From positions 11,369-75,368 of IMG/VR virus record IMGVR_UViG_3300020050_007362: a DNA stretch of 64,000 nt; one strand, written 5' to 3'. Of the stretch, positions 10,601 through 17,727 are shown piece after piece; the first letter of the stretch is position 1, and every line of letters begins with the position of its first letter. The position numbers and the translations under genes are program-made. The notes under the pieces were generated by a model. It made no database searches, had not been told where the DNA came from, and saw only the letters and a list, made by a program, of their open reading frames with translations. Source of the stretch: a virus (Duplodnaviria > Caudoviricetes).

Positions 10601-12294
10601 TCGTATTGGTTTAAAGTATCGTCAATAAAAGAAACTTTTTCAGGTTTCTTCCCATCAATTGTAGACCCTGTAAATATTTCTGCTGGAATATCTTCATCAC
10701 GTTGCGTAGATAGAGCTTGCGCATCTTGAGCATCTTGATCTTGTTGCGCTTCTAAAGCGGCTTGAGCTTCTTGCGTATCTTGAGTTGCTGCGTCTATTAT
10801 AGGTGCTGCTACACCTGAATTAACACCGGCCAAAGCAGCTTTAGAAGTAACCCCAGTAGTCGGGTTAGTGGCTATTGCTGCTGTTAAGGTGTTAATTAAA
10901 TCGGATGTTACTTGCTCAGTCCTTGTTGGAGCTGCACCTTGAGCCGCTGTTGTTCCCGCACCTGCTTGTGTTGCTCCAGTAATGTCAGTTTGGGCTTGGC
11001 CGCCACCTGTTCCTCCAGTTCCTGCACCCGTAGTACCAGTTGGGATAGCGCTTCCGTCTGCGCCAAGTAAAGCTGTTCCAGTGCCTGTAGTGTCAAGGTT
11101 TCCTTCATCAATCGCTCCTGCTGCTTCACGTTGTCTACGTTCTAAAGTTGTTCTTGCTATATCTGTACCTACACCAGCACCACCGTAAACACCACCGCCG
11201 ATTGCACCTTGTAAACCACTGGCTACGCCTTGTTCTACCAAACCTTCAGTTAAAGGTACGCCGGTATAAGGTTGAGCCGCAATGTTTTGTCCTAACTGTC
11301 CGGTAACACCTTGAATCGTTTCTTCAGGTATTTCTTTGGCCATGTACTTAGGTACTTCTTTAGCCGCGTACCTAGCTATGCCTTTAAGACCCGGTTGTAT
11401 CGTTTCTCTAGCGCCAGCACCAAAAGCACTTTCTAATAAACGTCCGCCAGCACCGCCACCTGTAAGTGCAGTAGCCGCACCGCCGCCAATAGCAGAGGGT
11501 GTAAATGCAGCTGACCCTGCTAATTCTTGGGCGATCTTTAACGCTTTATCAGTACCGTATTGAGCTTCTAACTCTTGAAAGCGTGGCGCTTTACGTAATT
11601 CTTCTACCGGTGTTTTAGCAATTTCTTCTCTTGCACCTTCACTACCGCCACCTCCTTCCAACAAGGCGTTAATACCAACGGCTTGTTTAAAGGCGCTGGC
11701 GCCTAACCCCAATGCTTTACTTGCCCATCCGCCAGCTAAGAACTGTGTTCCGCTTTCACCGATTGATGGTATGGCCGCGCTTGGGTGCGTAATAGCGGTT
11801 TTACCTGTTTCATAAACACGCTCAGGCAAGCCCATTTCTTTATTAGCTTGGATATCAGCTAACTGTTTACTGAACTCTTCTTGTGAAGCTTGAGTACCCG
11901 TTGAGTAAGGTATTGCTTCTGCGGCTGCTTTCTTTAGTTTTCGAGTAGTGGCATCGCGCATCAGGCCGCCGTATTCGGCTACCCCTGCTTCTGCTGGCCC
12001 TACTTCAGCTTGTTCTCCAGCTGCGACATCAAGCAGTTTACCGGCACCGCCGGCTACAATTTGAACAGGTTCGGCTAAAGCTTCGGGTATACCCGCTGCA
12101 CCTCTAACAGCTGATTTTAAAATATCAGTAGCTATGTTTCCTTGTTCTGGCTCTGGTTCTACTTGCTCTGGCGTTTTAGTTGCATAAGGAGCTAATAGCT
12201 TGTCCAGTTCTGATGATTTAGGGGCTCCTTTAGAGGTATTAGTAGAAGAAGCGTTTGCTAGTATTTCGTCTAAATTAAGAGAGCTGGATGGCAT
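1675..12294 (-). CDS. large polyvalent protein, probable virion-delivered (ejection) protein: InPase, two zincin-like MPTase motifs, ART-PolyVal-like and PLxRFG domains
   Basis: 3539 aa; FQGIHVAIENPAGTVRSG...DKDHLDVF (InPase-like, ~9170-9600); HEMGH 6880-6894; HELGEH 6202-6219; KVVDENGEPLVVYH...NQIKSATANIGAF (~5290-5680); PLSRYG 4378-4395; Gly/Ala-rich N-terminus. Confidence 0.8.
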   Translation of the reverse strand: MPSSSLNLDEILANASSTNTSKGAPKSSELDKLLAPYATKTPEQVEPEPEQGNIATDILKSAVRGAAGIPEALAEPVQIVAGGAGKLLDVAAGEQAEVGPAEAGVAEYGGLMRDATTRKLKKAAAEAIPYSTGTQASQEEFSKQLADIQANKEMGLPERVYETGKTAITHPSAAIPSIGESGTQFLAGGWASKALGLGASAFKQAVGINALLEGGGGSEGAREEIAKTPVEELRKAPRFQELEAQYGTDKALKIAQELAGSAAFTPSAIGGGAATALTGGGAGGRLLESAFGAGARETIQPGLKGIARYAAKEVPKYMAKEIPEETIQGVTGQLGQNIAAQPYTGVPLTEGLVEQGVASGLQGAIGGGVYGGAGVGTDIARTTLERRQREAAGAIDEGNLDTTGTGTALLGADGSAIPTGTTGAGTGGTGGGQAQTDITGATQAGAGTTAAQGAAPTRTEQVTSDLINTLTAAIATNPTTGVTSKAALAGVNSGVAAPIIDAATQDTQEAQAALEAQQDQDAQDAQALSTQRDEDIPAEIFTGSTIDGKKPEKVSFIDDTLNQYDFAISDLLDQKRQAVENGTTPPVANLGRLRTIAKDLGAPYLKASEGDLIHNITLRLSQLRTIQQETTENGLKETATPTTAAQPTTPGAGTTEQAPPSMGEAQGETVIPPTGAEATTGLTAYDQGKDTTQIDKEGQEDQGQEEQKVAPVEQNIVNNVKVNLDRLTPTQRTEWDAANENHNLEIEYANSISDSQERGKRLNAAGQKLSAERRRITGLYTDKENVKNVAFANKIREGAPLQTKDGEQVTAVSAPSYGRVRVRSASGVESWIATSDIKVTPVQLPKAETITLPDGTLEFVGYKTEEKAPEAKQAPVSAAADQQQTPSKAAIEAKEAYPLTGADFQGIHVAIENPAGTVRSGTDANGEKWEIQLEDNYGSMPNVRGADKDHLDVFTPVGLTKEQEDKTKYAYVVDQYVVDDNGKQTNKFDEHKVMLGYPNINAAKDAYLRNYNSGWSGFGAITAMSMADLKAKTNEVWDKPIKPKKVRKAKAAFYTTPSGLEELQGAIKKLGGIRDANGPKSAFSDYKGRRYQAIFNNGTNALTMDDMATSLNQYGYDIDGENGLSELLYDSLRGNEYYTPAGHENLLAIQEKENFNDEQARQLQKYDDAVEEGLIDSTDFDDAIEYVEDDFNYGDIVTGDDLNDFWGFTDGYDEGTDVGGFEGGEEAAGRETEEVKPYTPGAPLLKTYTQEEILEQQKEAKRLAAEKAAADLAAEQKARADRELDTLEDEMLGFGGTATAGLFDEEGIKDLGRAEPVQKTETVFLRDATKAEQEYDDARVALDYGNHTYLFIPNRNEIDIMPINAGPYDAAIAVIRTGQDRAGVLNRNNLKDWPSSIPDQLIEPLLRYAETKNTEGLAIAQNGVLKAARELAEPVKKTEIAPRLSKAQLADRLFSAVMFYLKSHPSSDGASYRALAKAAKTNQKAAEVFSFVKSVNANFIKLDKADWQTADAELTKQLESLPDDLSKEYEYILGAGLTAVDFEQSIKDMQEQLTPAEIKEFVTETKPVIDALTDAKQIEPLATPEQIEDEAAARELAEPVKKTEIVKPKIENPPQWAQDHATDLGGEVVHLSLGKGGEGIALIKGHSVLSGKPLFLAAKEGEGRTRVDIESYTGNMVSTDEKKTLVEAKNKWLEADKALNEINPNGPFKVGEDTAYSENVPENIKGVIEGWKKLMGIKERVYFTTINDAKSASFHGQYAAIPSHALDGDEGGNMRMLANGDFIIAYSPKAKFTQTLEIISHEMGHILERTSYINADETTRKAIKEDYAKWLASTKGKTAREHVESLRARSMGKITKGLEGKTSEGLDRYWSLEKEWFSDQVSRWATTSDKPVSIVEKFFSRLGKALKNFFLSNEQYLPTETMQRWLDSLEGINLSEPQFSRQEAKNVNTFANAQEAENELIDQFGPGIANLINTKVLNLTQGRDSWPESARKAAEGFFTEAVYLNGKVYIDLQSTARYRIKAVVLHELGEHFNLERMLGLKGYADLQNQIRNQSRVEGSETQRVWNQVKKLYPDIDEGSKEFISEVIAKLGENNPNLPWYRRLIAKIKAFLMERGLARGFITGTLTDADMHELLVSSLKSAIHGRTLNKAWVFGGTPAMASSQGVQKGKLLAPNGKPSNLNAVQHAQVRTPEFVKWFGNWLNDPENASKVVDENGEPLVVYHTRQKGNDFTKFRSGTAGLIWFADSKAGSIMAAMGEGDTIAVYLNARSPFNTKETAVHFGDIPYTKYNEKLNRVTSVLERTGDDLIYVEDESGIAFAVQNPNQIKSATANIGAFSEKSDDIRYSRPAPATGTEGSAQYQQQYREWSAIISEGFDKLSSQVASPKLAFLSVQQLVENCKKYLPAAYSYEKYRRLRDGLQTQWVLAGDKVSALTHNILTKAQHGELTGVVQDSTIINVDASKAWTGVKKMPATDIESERYLAFTQAKFNNKYTNEIIEFANQLNEQHTINKVNPLAFFNGNAAFNTLEDAKTFEQFLKAQELSYAAFTEARYKNPNTDRKAKHPALVARYNAMPQASKDFYVQSNELLNKLADAKQDTLEDHVREAILDGNRRIEMNKLLRLHYEANRLSQYYAPLSRYGKFWFYGNFTDGTKTFRNFETQKARDKALEEFKKLNGEDSIIADGKSFSSALKIEGGSDSFILQINTLISGAGLDDDISEKLRDDIYQMYLSTLPEVSLRHSAQHRKGTKGYEEDAERNFANHMTHGASQFSNMKWGKKMEQTIKQLRDIITMSTAPYRQQDGLRKIEAARLLLENWEELSEPGVLEEQINAAENTPEVILLKEVRKIRNKYRSLDALNDAIERGRALYDNVSDEAFQMLSDDWDNLITRGMVDPLEDKIKRAKLTDKAKLLRAAKDLRNSFGKMDVDDATEALDLVIEKTQAIYDGSKLLNTSEKRVKAVDIVDELEMTFNAMVNSATTAMDQAAGSIRQFGFLWNLGASISSTIMNLFQTPGAAMPVALGKHEFNNVLKEFNHAYNEFIASVKSGKYDENGNASISAIMQERLNRMTEFSPEYMELKGEIDALNLFKQDGTVARTQTMDIMGIGKEGYQHGGKLGEFSKKMGWMFHHAERLNREVTLIAAYRLARAEALKKGIKMGENRNEDVGAWADAVEYARYVNDRSQLNYSPDNAARIFRGWPAAIALQFKKYQQGMLYLWGRTLADKLNGWKKMPDGTQEEKDAKAAAKLESQQAGRTFVALLTMQMSFAGALGLPLVGALTVVVNMIGDAISDADEPWDWRREVRVGLTDLTGEFFATAATKGLFNAFSTIGIPLGDVAGRMSLADTIFREPMQNMEGRDEITQYLSSIAGPFGGLVGNVWEGVRLAGEGNYARGAETASPKVIKDIIKSTRFMAEGASSIDGAQLKEMSFMEIFEQMAGFGSAELEQKYAERGYYKEAEKSILSKRQRILHAAANARRKGDTSKQKEVSAWNERHPLKPITNQNISASINATKLGEKKRGVRGYTTDPDLELAFDLQDYDEE
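7481..8356. repeat. linker direct repeats inside the polyvalent gene
   Basis: Identical 38-mers at 7481-7518 and 7976-8013 (ARELAEPVKKTEI); a 24/26 partial copy at 8331-8356 (AEPVQKTE). Confidence 0.9.
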
Positions 12295-12348
12295 TATTTA
12301 ATATCCTTTAAAATGTACTTTTTAAAATTTATATGTGGATTATACACA

Positions 12349-14136
12349 TTATCTAAATGACGTTCCGTATCGCTGTTTATACGCCTCTAAAGCCATATCT
12401 TTTTCTTCTTTAGTTGCAGCACTATTTAAAAGGGTATTCATGTCGGCATCGTGTTTTAATTTATTATAATACTCAGGGTGCTCTTTAACATTTCTTGCAA
12501 TATCTCCTGCTTTTTCTCTTGTTTTTTGAGCTGTATCTGATTCAAACCATCCACGGCCTTCAGGATGTTCGTATTGAGACATTTCATACTCTCTTTGTAA
12601 TGCTGGAACTTCAGCTGGTGTAACATTAACTTTTTCTCCGCCTATCGTATAAGTACGTGGCGTATTTGCAGCGATATCTTCTCTTTGTTGTAGCGTAGCT
12701 TGTTGATACCCGTGTGTAGCTGCTCTTTCAGCTGCTGTTGCTTCCCTAGTAGCTTGAATGTTTTCTTGTCCTTGTGCAAATTTACGCTCTTCTAAATCTC
12801 TACCTGATAATCGATCTTGACGGGCTTCAGCTAATCGAGTTTGTTCGGTTTGGGCAGCGGTTTGAGCACGAGCTTGTTCAGCAGCTAGTTTATTAGCTTC
12901 AGAAGCACGTTCTCCGGCCATTTTTTGAGCATTTTGTAAAGCGCCAACTCTTGCTAAAATACCGGCTTTTTTTGATTTATTAGCTATCATCGTACCTAAA
13001 CTGTCAGTAGTTGATCCGCTAGGCATTTGAGACATTAAATTTTCTATTTCACCTGAATAGTCAGGCGCTTGTTGCTGTTGTAATTGTTGTACCTGTTGTT
13101 GAGCAGGTGCGTTAGAAACCGCTTTAGCTTCAGTCATTCTTTTTTCTGCAATAGCATTCTGTTCAGCTAATTTTGCTTTGAAAGCGGGGTCAGATTCTCT
13201 TTTCATAACACCTTGTATGTTTTGCATAGAGGCATCAGAAAGCTTTCTTCCGTCGGCAAACTGTACCCTACCTGTTCCGCCGGTAGATGATGTTACATCT
13301 AATGTACTAACCGGTTTACCAGTACCCCTATAAGGTTGTACAGATTGAGTGGCGGTTGCTTCTGGTGCTTCCGGTCCGCCTATACGTTGTAGATCAGCAG
13401 GGGCTTTATCCGGTACTATAGGCGTAGGTTGGTTAATTTTTGCTTCAGTTGCAGGAGTAGCTAAAGCGCTTTTTATACCCCCCATTAAACCGTATCCGGA
13501 AGATATACCTTCAGCAAATCGTTGTGCTGCTCCAATTTGTTGTTCTGCTTTTGACCTTTGTGCTGTTTTAGCTTCTTGTAAGCCTTCACCTATTTTAGTA
13601 CCTATATTACTAGCACCTGTACCAATAGCTTTTTCTATGTTGGCGGTACCTTTTTCTCCGAATAATACTTTAGAAGGTGTTTGAACTGCACTTTTTATAA
13701 TTCCTCCGGCAGTACCCATTCTACGTGTAGTTGCTTCCAATGGGCTTTCAGGATTGCCTTGAGAATCGTTGTTATACATATCAACAGCTTTGTTCTTTAT
13801 CGCATCCATGGCATTACCGGCTACACCTTTTACAGTATCGGTTATTGATGGTGTAGGGGTTGCTATAGGTGCTGCTGCTATAGGTGTAGGTGTAACAGCT
13901 GGCTTAGGTGTAACAGCTGGCGCAGCTGGGCTACTCATATCCGATACGATAGGTGTATTAACAGGTGTAGGGGATACAGCTTGATCAATTACCCCGCCTT
14001 GCATAGGAGGTGGTAACGTAGTTGGTATAACTCTAGTTCCTGGATGTTCATTCATAGGAACAACTGCGGGTATTCGAGATATAGGTTTAATGGCCGGTTG
14101 AGCAACGGATGGAAGTTGATTTAAATCTGTGGCCAT
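12349..14136 (-). CDS. putative internal virion/DNA ejection protein
   Basis: 595 aa; Pro/Thr-rich N-terminus and Ala/Gln-rich coiled coil; directly upstream of the giant gene (positional inference). Confidence 0.5.
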   Translation of the reverse strand: MATDLNQLPSVAQPAIKPISRIPAVVPMNEHPGTRVIPTTLPPPMQGGVIDQAVSPTPVNTPIVSDMSSPAAPAVTPKPAVTPTPIAAAPIATPTPSITDTVKGVAGNAMDAIKNKAVDMYNNDSQGNPESPLEATTRRMGTAGGIIKSAVQTPSKVLFGEKGTANIEKAIGTGASNIGTKIGEGLQEAKTAQRSKAEQQIGAAQRFAEGISSGYGLMGGIKSALATPATEAKINQPTPIVPDKAPADLQRIGGPEAPEATATQSVQPYRGTGKPVSTLDVTSSTGGTGRVQFADGRKLSDASMQNIQGVMKRESDPAFKAKLAEQNAIAEKRMTEAKAVSNAPAQQQVQQLQQQQAPDYSGEIENLMSQMPSGSTTDSLGTMIANKSKKAGILARVGALQNAQKMAGERASEANKLAAEQARAQTAAQTEQTRLAEARQDRLSGRDLEERKFAQGQENIQATREATAAERAATHGYQQATLQQREDIAANTPRTYTIGGEKVNVTPAEVPALQREYEMSQYEHPEGRGWFESDTAQKTREKAGDIARNVKEHPEYYNKLKHDADMNTLLNSAATKEEKDMALEAYKQRYGTSFR

Positions 14137-14331
14137 TATTTGAGTCCTATTAAATAATTAATAATATTAGGGTTTTATTTATAATATTTGCATTTATTGT
14201 ATCATATTCTGTTTATACTCAATATATGTTGTGGTATGCTAATTACGTGGCTATCTCGACGGAGAAAAAATGCGCTTCAGTAACGCACCCGCCACATCCA
14301 ATCCTCTACTGACAAAACTAACTGAGTTTTT

Positions 14332-15795
14332 ATGGCTATTAAATGTACAACCCCCGAATTTATTGAAAAAGCTAAAAGAGTTCATGGTCTTAAATATGAT
14401 TATTCTTTAGTAAACTATACTATTTCCAGAAATAATGTAACTATTATTTGCCCTATCCACGGTGAGTTTTTACAAAAAGCCAATGGCCATATACAAGGTG
14501 CAGGTTGCCAACAATGTTCGGCATTAAGAGTAGCTGATTTTCATAGAGGTTCTTTAGAAGAGTTTATATTAAAAGCAGTAAAAGTACATGGTAATAAATA
14601 CGACTATTCAAAAATAGTGTATACCAATCGTATGGTTAAAGTACCTATAGTATGTAAACTTCATGGCGTTTTTTTACAATCCCCAAGCCAGCATCTCAGT
14701 TATGGTTGTGTAAAATGCAGAGATGTTTTTAATTCTATTAATCTAAGAGATACTCAAGAAGATTTCATCACCAAAGCTTTAAGAGTACATGGTGATAAAT
14801 ATGACTACTCTTTTGTTAACTACGTTAAATCAAATATTAAGGTAGAAATAGTTTGTTCAGAGCATGGGCGTTTTTACCAGAACCCTTATGCCCATTTAAA
14901 CGGACAGGGTTGTAAATCTTGTTCGGTTGTTGGTCCTTCTAATGGGGAAATAGAATTGTCCGGTTTTATATCCTCTTTGGTAGGGACAACGTTATCTGAT
15001 AGAACCACTATTAAACCTTTTGAGTTAGATTGCTTTGTACCTGCTAAAAAACTAGGCATAGAGTTTTGTGGTATCTACTACCATTCCGATAGATTTAGGG
15101 ATGCCAACTACCATCTGCATAAGCATGTTTTGGCTACTGAAGCCGGTTGTGGTCTTATTCAAGTATTTGATGATGAGTGGAGTGATAAAAAAGAGATAGT
15201 AAAATCTATAGTAAAAAATAGGCTATGTTTGACCGATACAATTACCTACGCCCGTAAAACAATTATTAAAACCGTACCGCTAAAAGAAGCTAAGGAATTT
15301 TTAAAAAACAACCATTTGCAAGGTTATGCAAATGCTGAAATTCTATTAGGTTTATATCAAAACGGTGAGTTACTAACCCTTACTACTTTTTCAAAAAAGA
15401 GGCGGGTTTTAGGCGATATGCCAGATAATTGGTATGAGTTGGTTAGGTTGTGTACCAAGATAAATACGTCTGTTGTAGGTGGCTTTTCAAAGCTTATTAA
15501 ACATTTTATAAAAACCTATTTGCCGGATGGTATAAAAACCTTTTGTGATAGACGCTATTTTAATGGTTTAGGGTATAGAACTGTTGGGTTTATTGAATCT
15601 CATGTTTCTAAACCCAACTATTTTTATGTTAAACAAGGTGTTAGGTATTCTAGGTATCAATTTCAAAAGCATAAACTAAAAAACCTACTTTCTGTTTATG
15701 ACGATTTTTTATCCGAGAAACAAAACATGGTACTCAATGGTTATTCTCGGATATATGATTGTGGGAATATAGTTTTTACTATGCAGCTGCGCTAA
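14332..15795 (+). mobile_element. free-standing homing endonuclease, Hef-like, with three DUF723-type Zn-finger repeats
   Basis: Repeats CPIHGEF..C..C, CKLHGVF..C..C and CSEHGRF..C..C; ELDCFVPAKKLGIEFCGIYYHS and IQVFDDEW nuclease-like motifs; antisense within the structural operon. Confidence 0.75.
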
Positions 15796-17695
15796 GAGCA
15801 GATGAGGCCATAGTATTCAAGCTGCCTAACGCTGCCCCAGCCATGTTTCCGTAAGCACTAACAGATGCTTTTGAAGCATCCTCTGCTAAATTTAAACGTT
15901 GTATGTCTAGTTTAGACTCTTCTATCGCTGTGTTTACAGATAATTCATATTGCTTAATAGCGGCGTTCAACATAACCAATGGTACTTCCAAATTAGCTTT
16001 AAACGAGCTTATTGCATTTTCTAATTCAGTAGTATAAACGGTTTGGGCTAGTTTCTTAACTTCAGCATTAGCTGTAAATTTTTGTACAGCTGATTCAATG
16101 TCCAGTTTATAGACTTCCCCACCTGATTTAAAGACTTCTACCAGTGCATCGTTATGGGCTTTTGTAGCTTCTATCGTTTTTACTTGCGTATCAAGATTAA
16201 TTTGATCAATTTTGATCAAGTCTTCAAACACTGTAAGTTTAGTCATTTCAGCATCCATCTTCATTCTATCGCCAGATAATGCTGCTTTATAAACTTCAAA
16301 AGCGGATACTTTAGCTTGAGTGGTTGCTTTATAAACATCCGCACGAATAGAGTAACCTTTAAGCTTCAATTCTTCCAAAGATGCTTTACGTGATACAGCT
16401 TCTATTAAAGCAGTATAGGTACTTACTTGAAGCTGTTGAATCTTTATTTGTCCTTCTACAAATTGTATTTGGGCAATCTCTACGTCTTTTTTAGCTTTCT
16501 CAGCTTCTAGTTGTAGTTTATACCCTTCCAACCCTGATAATGCAGCTTTTAATCTAATTTCATATTGATCATTTAATGCGCCCATCACTTTTATAGCTAT
16601 GTCTGATTTAGCCATTAAATGTTCAAAAATCTTGGCGTGTTTATCTGCTATGTTTGAAGCGTATGAAGCGGCTTGTTGCATACTGTTGCCAACTACACCG
16701 GCATACTGAATGGCAATACCGCGAGTTCCTTGTATTTGAGCCGAAGCTATGTTCATAACAAACTGAAGGTGTTGTACTTCAACGTCCGTCTTTTTAATAT
16801 AGATATCTGTTGAGGTATTGGCCAAAGCTTCAGCATTTTTTAAACGGCCTGTTAGCATAGCGGATATCACAGCACCGGGAGGTTCCATAAAACCTCGTTT
16901 TGCATAGGTAGTTAATGTACCTTGCTCAATGGCATCAAAATCTCGTTCAATCCGTCCTCTAGCCCTTGTTATCATGGCTGTTTCGTATTGCTCTGGTAAT
17001 ACTTCACCATTCAAAGCACTACTAACTTTGATTTGCATTGCTGAGTTCCAAGACTCATATTCTGGTGCATATTGATTAACCCAACCGGTTACTTTATCAT
17101 CAATGAAATTTTGCATTTCAGGCAGCATTTGTTGATATTTAGTATCCATAACCGTTGCATAGTTTACCGGATCATTGATAGCATCAGGCGGTAGCGGCGC
17201 GTCAAATGCCGGTATATTTAATGTTGGCGCCAAACCTATATCTAAAGGTGTTAGTGTAGGTATGCTTATGTTCTGCAAAATAGGTTCTGCAATAGCGTCC
17301 ATCTGAGCTACTAACGCATCTATGCTTAAATCGGGTTCTGCTTCGTTAAAGTCCGGTAAATTGGAAGATGGGGCTATTTGTTGAAAAAGACCTGCAAAAT
17401 TTAACGTAGGTTCTGTTCTAGCCGCTGGCGCTATAACTTGATTAATATCTGCTAAATTAGGTGTTACCGGTAATTTAGATTTTGGTGGTTCGTACACCGG
17501 CATAGCAGTAACATCTTTATCAGGAGTAACGTATGTAGGTAAAGCAACATGCGTTAAATCAAGATTCTGTTTTGCTATAGTTATAGGGTTATTATTAATG
17601 AACGTTCGCAGTTCACTAACTAAAAAATCAGTTGCGTTTGCGTAACTATTAGCTCTACTTGTGGCGTTTGCTATTAAGGTATCTACTGTTGACAT
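15779..17695 (-). CDS. coiled-coil virion protein, possibly an ejection protein
   Basis: 638 aa; long helical C-terminal half; position between tail and ejection genes. Confidence 0.5.
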   Translation of the reverse strand: MSTVDTLIANATSRANSYANATDFLVSELRTFINNNPITIAKQNLDLTHVALPTYVTPDKDVTAMPVYEPPKSKLPVTPNLADINQVIAPAARTEPTLNFAGLFQQIAPSSNLPDFNEAEPDLSIDALVAQMDAIAEPILQNISIPTLTPLDIGLAPTLNIPAFDAPLPPDAINDPVNYATVMDTKYQQMLPEMQNFIDDKVTGWVNQYAPEYESWNSAMQIKVSSALNGEVLPEQYETAMITRARGRIERDFDAIEQGTLTTYAKRGFMEPPGAVISAMLTGRLKNAEALANTSTDIYIKKTDVEVQHLQFVMNIASAQIQGTRGIAIQYAGVVGNSMQQAASYASNIADKHAKIFEHLMAKSDIAIKVMGALNDQYEIRLKAALSGLEGYKLQLEAEKAKKDVEIAQIQFVEGQIKIQQLQVSTYTALIEAVSRKASLEELKLKGYSIRADVYKATTQAKVSAFEVYKAALSGDRMKMDAEMTKLTVFEDLIKIDQINLDTQVKTIEATKAHNDALVEVFKSGGEVYKLDIESAVQKFTANAEVKKLAQTVYTTELENAISSFKANLEVPLVMLNAAIKQYELSVNTAIEESKLDIQRLNLAEDASKASVSAYGNMAGAALGSLNTMASSALSAAA

Positions 17696-17727
17696 TTTTT
17701 ACTCCCGACTACGCGGATAAAATTAAT

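Noticed and set aside
1675-12294. N4-type virion RNA polymerase (similar ~3500-aa size; N4-like MCP and hairpin elements present)
   Set aside because: No T7-family polymerase motifs were found by eye (DGxxNG-type motif A, KxxxxxxxYG motif B); the recognisable motifs are those of polyvalent proteins. An HMM search would settle it.
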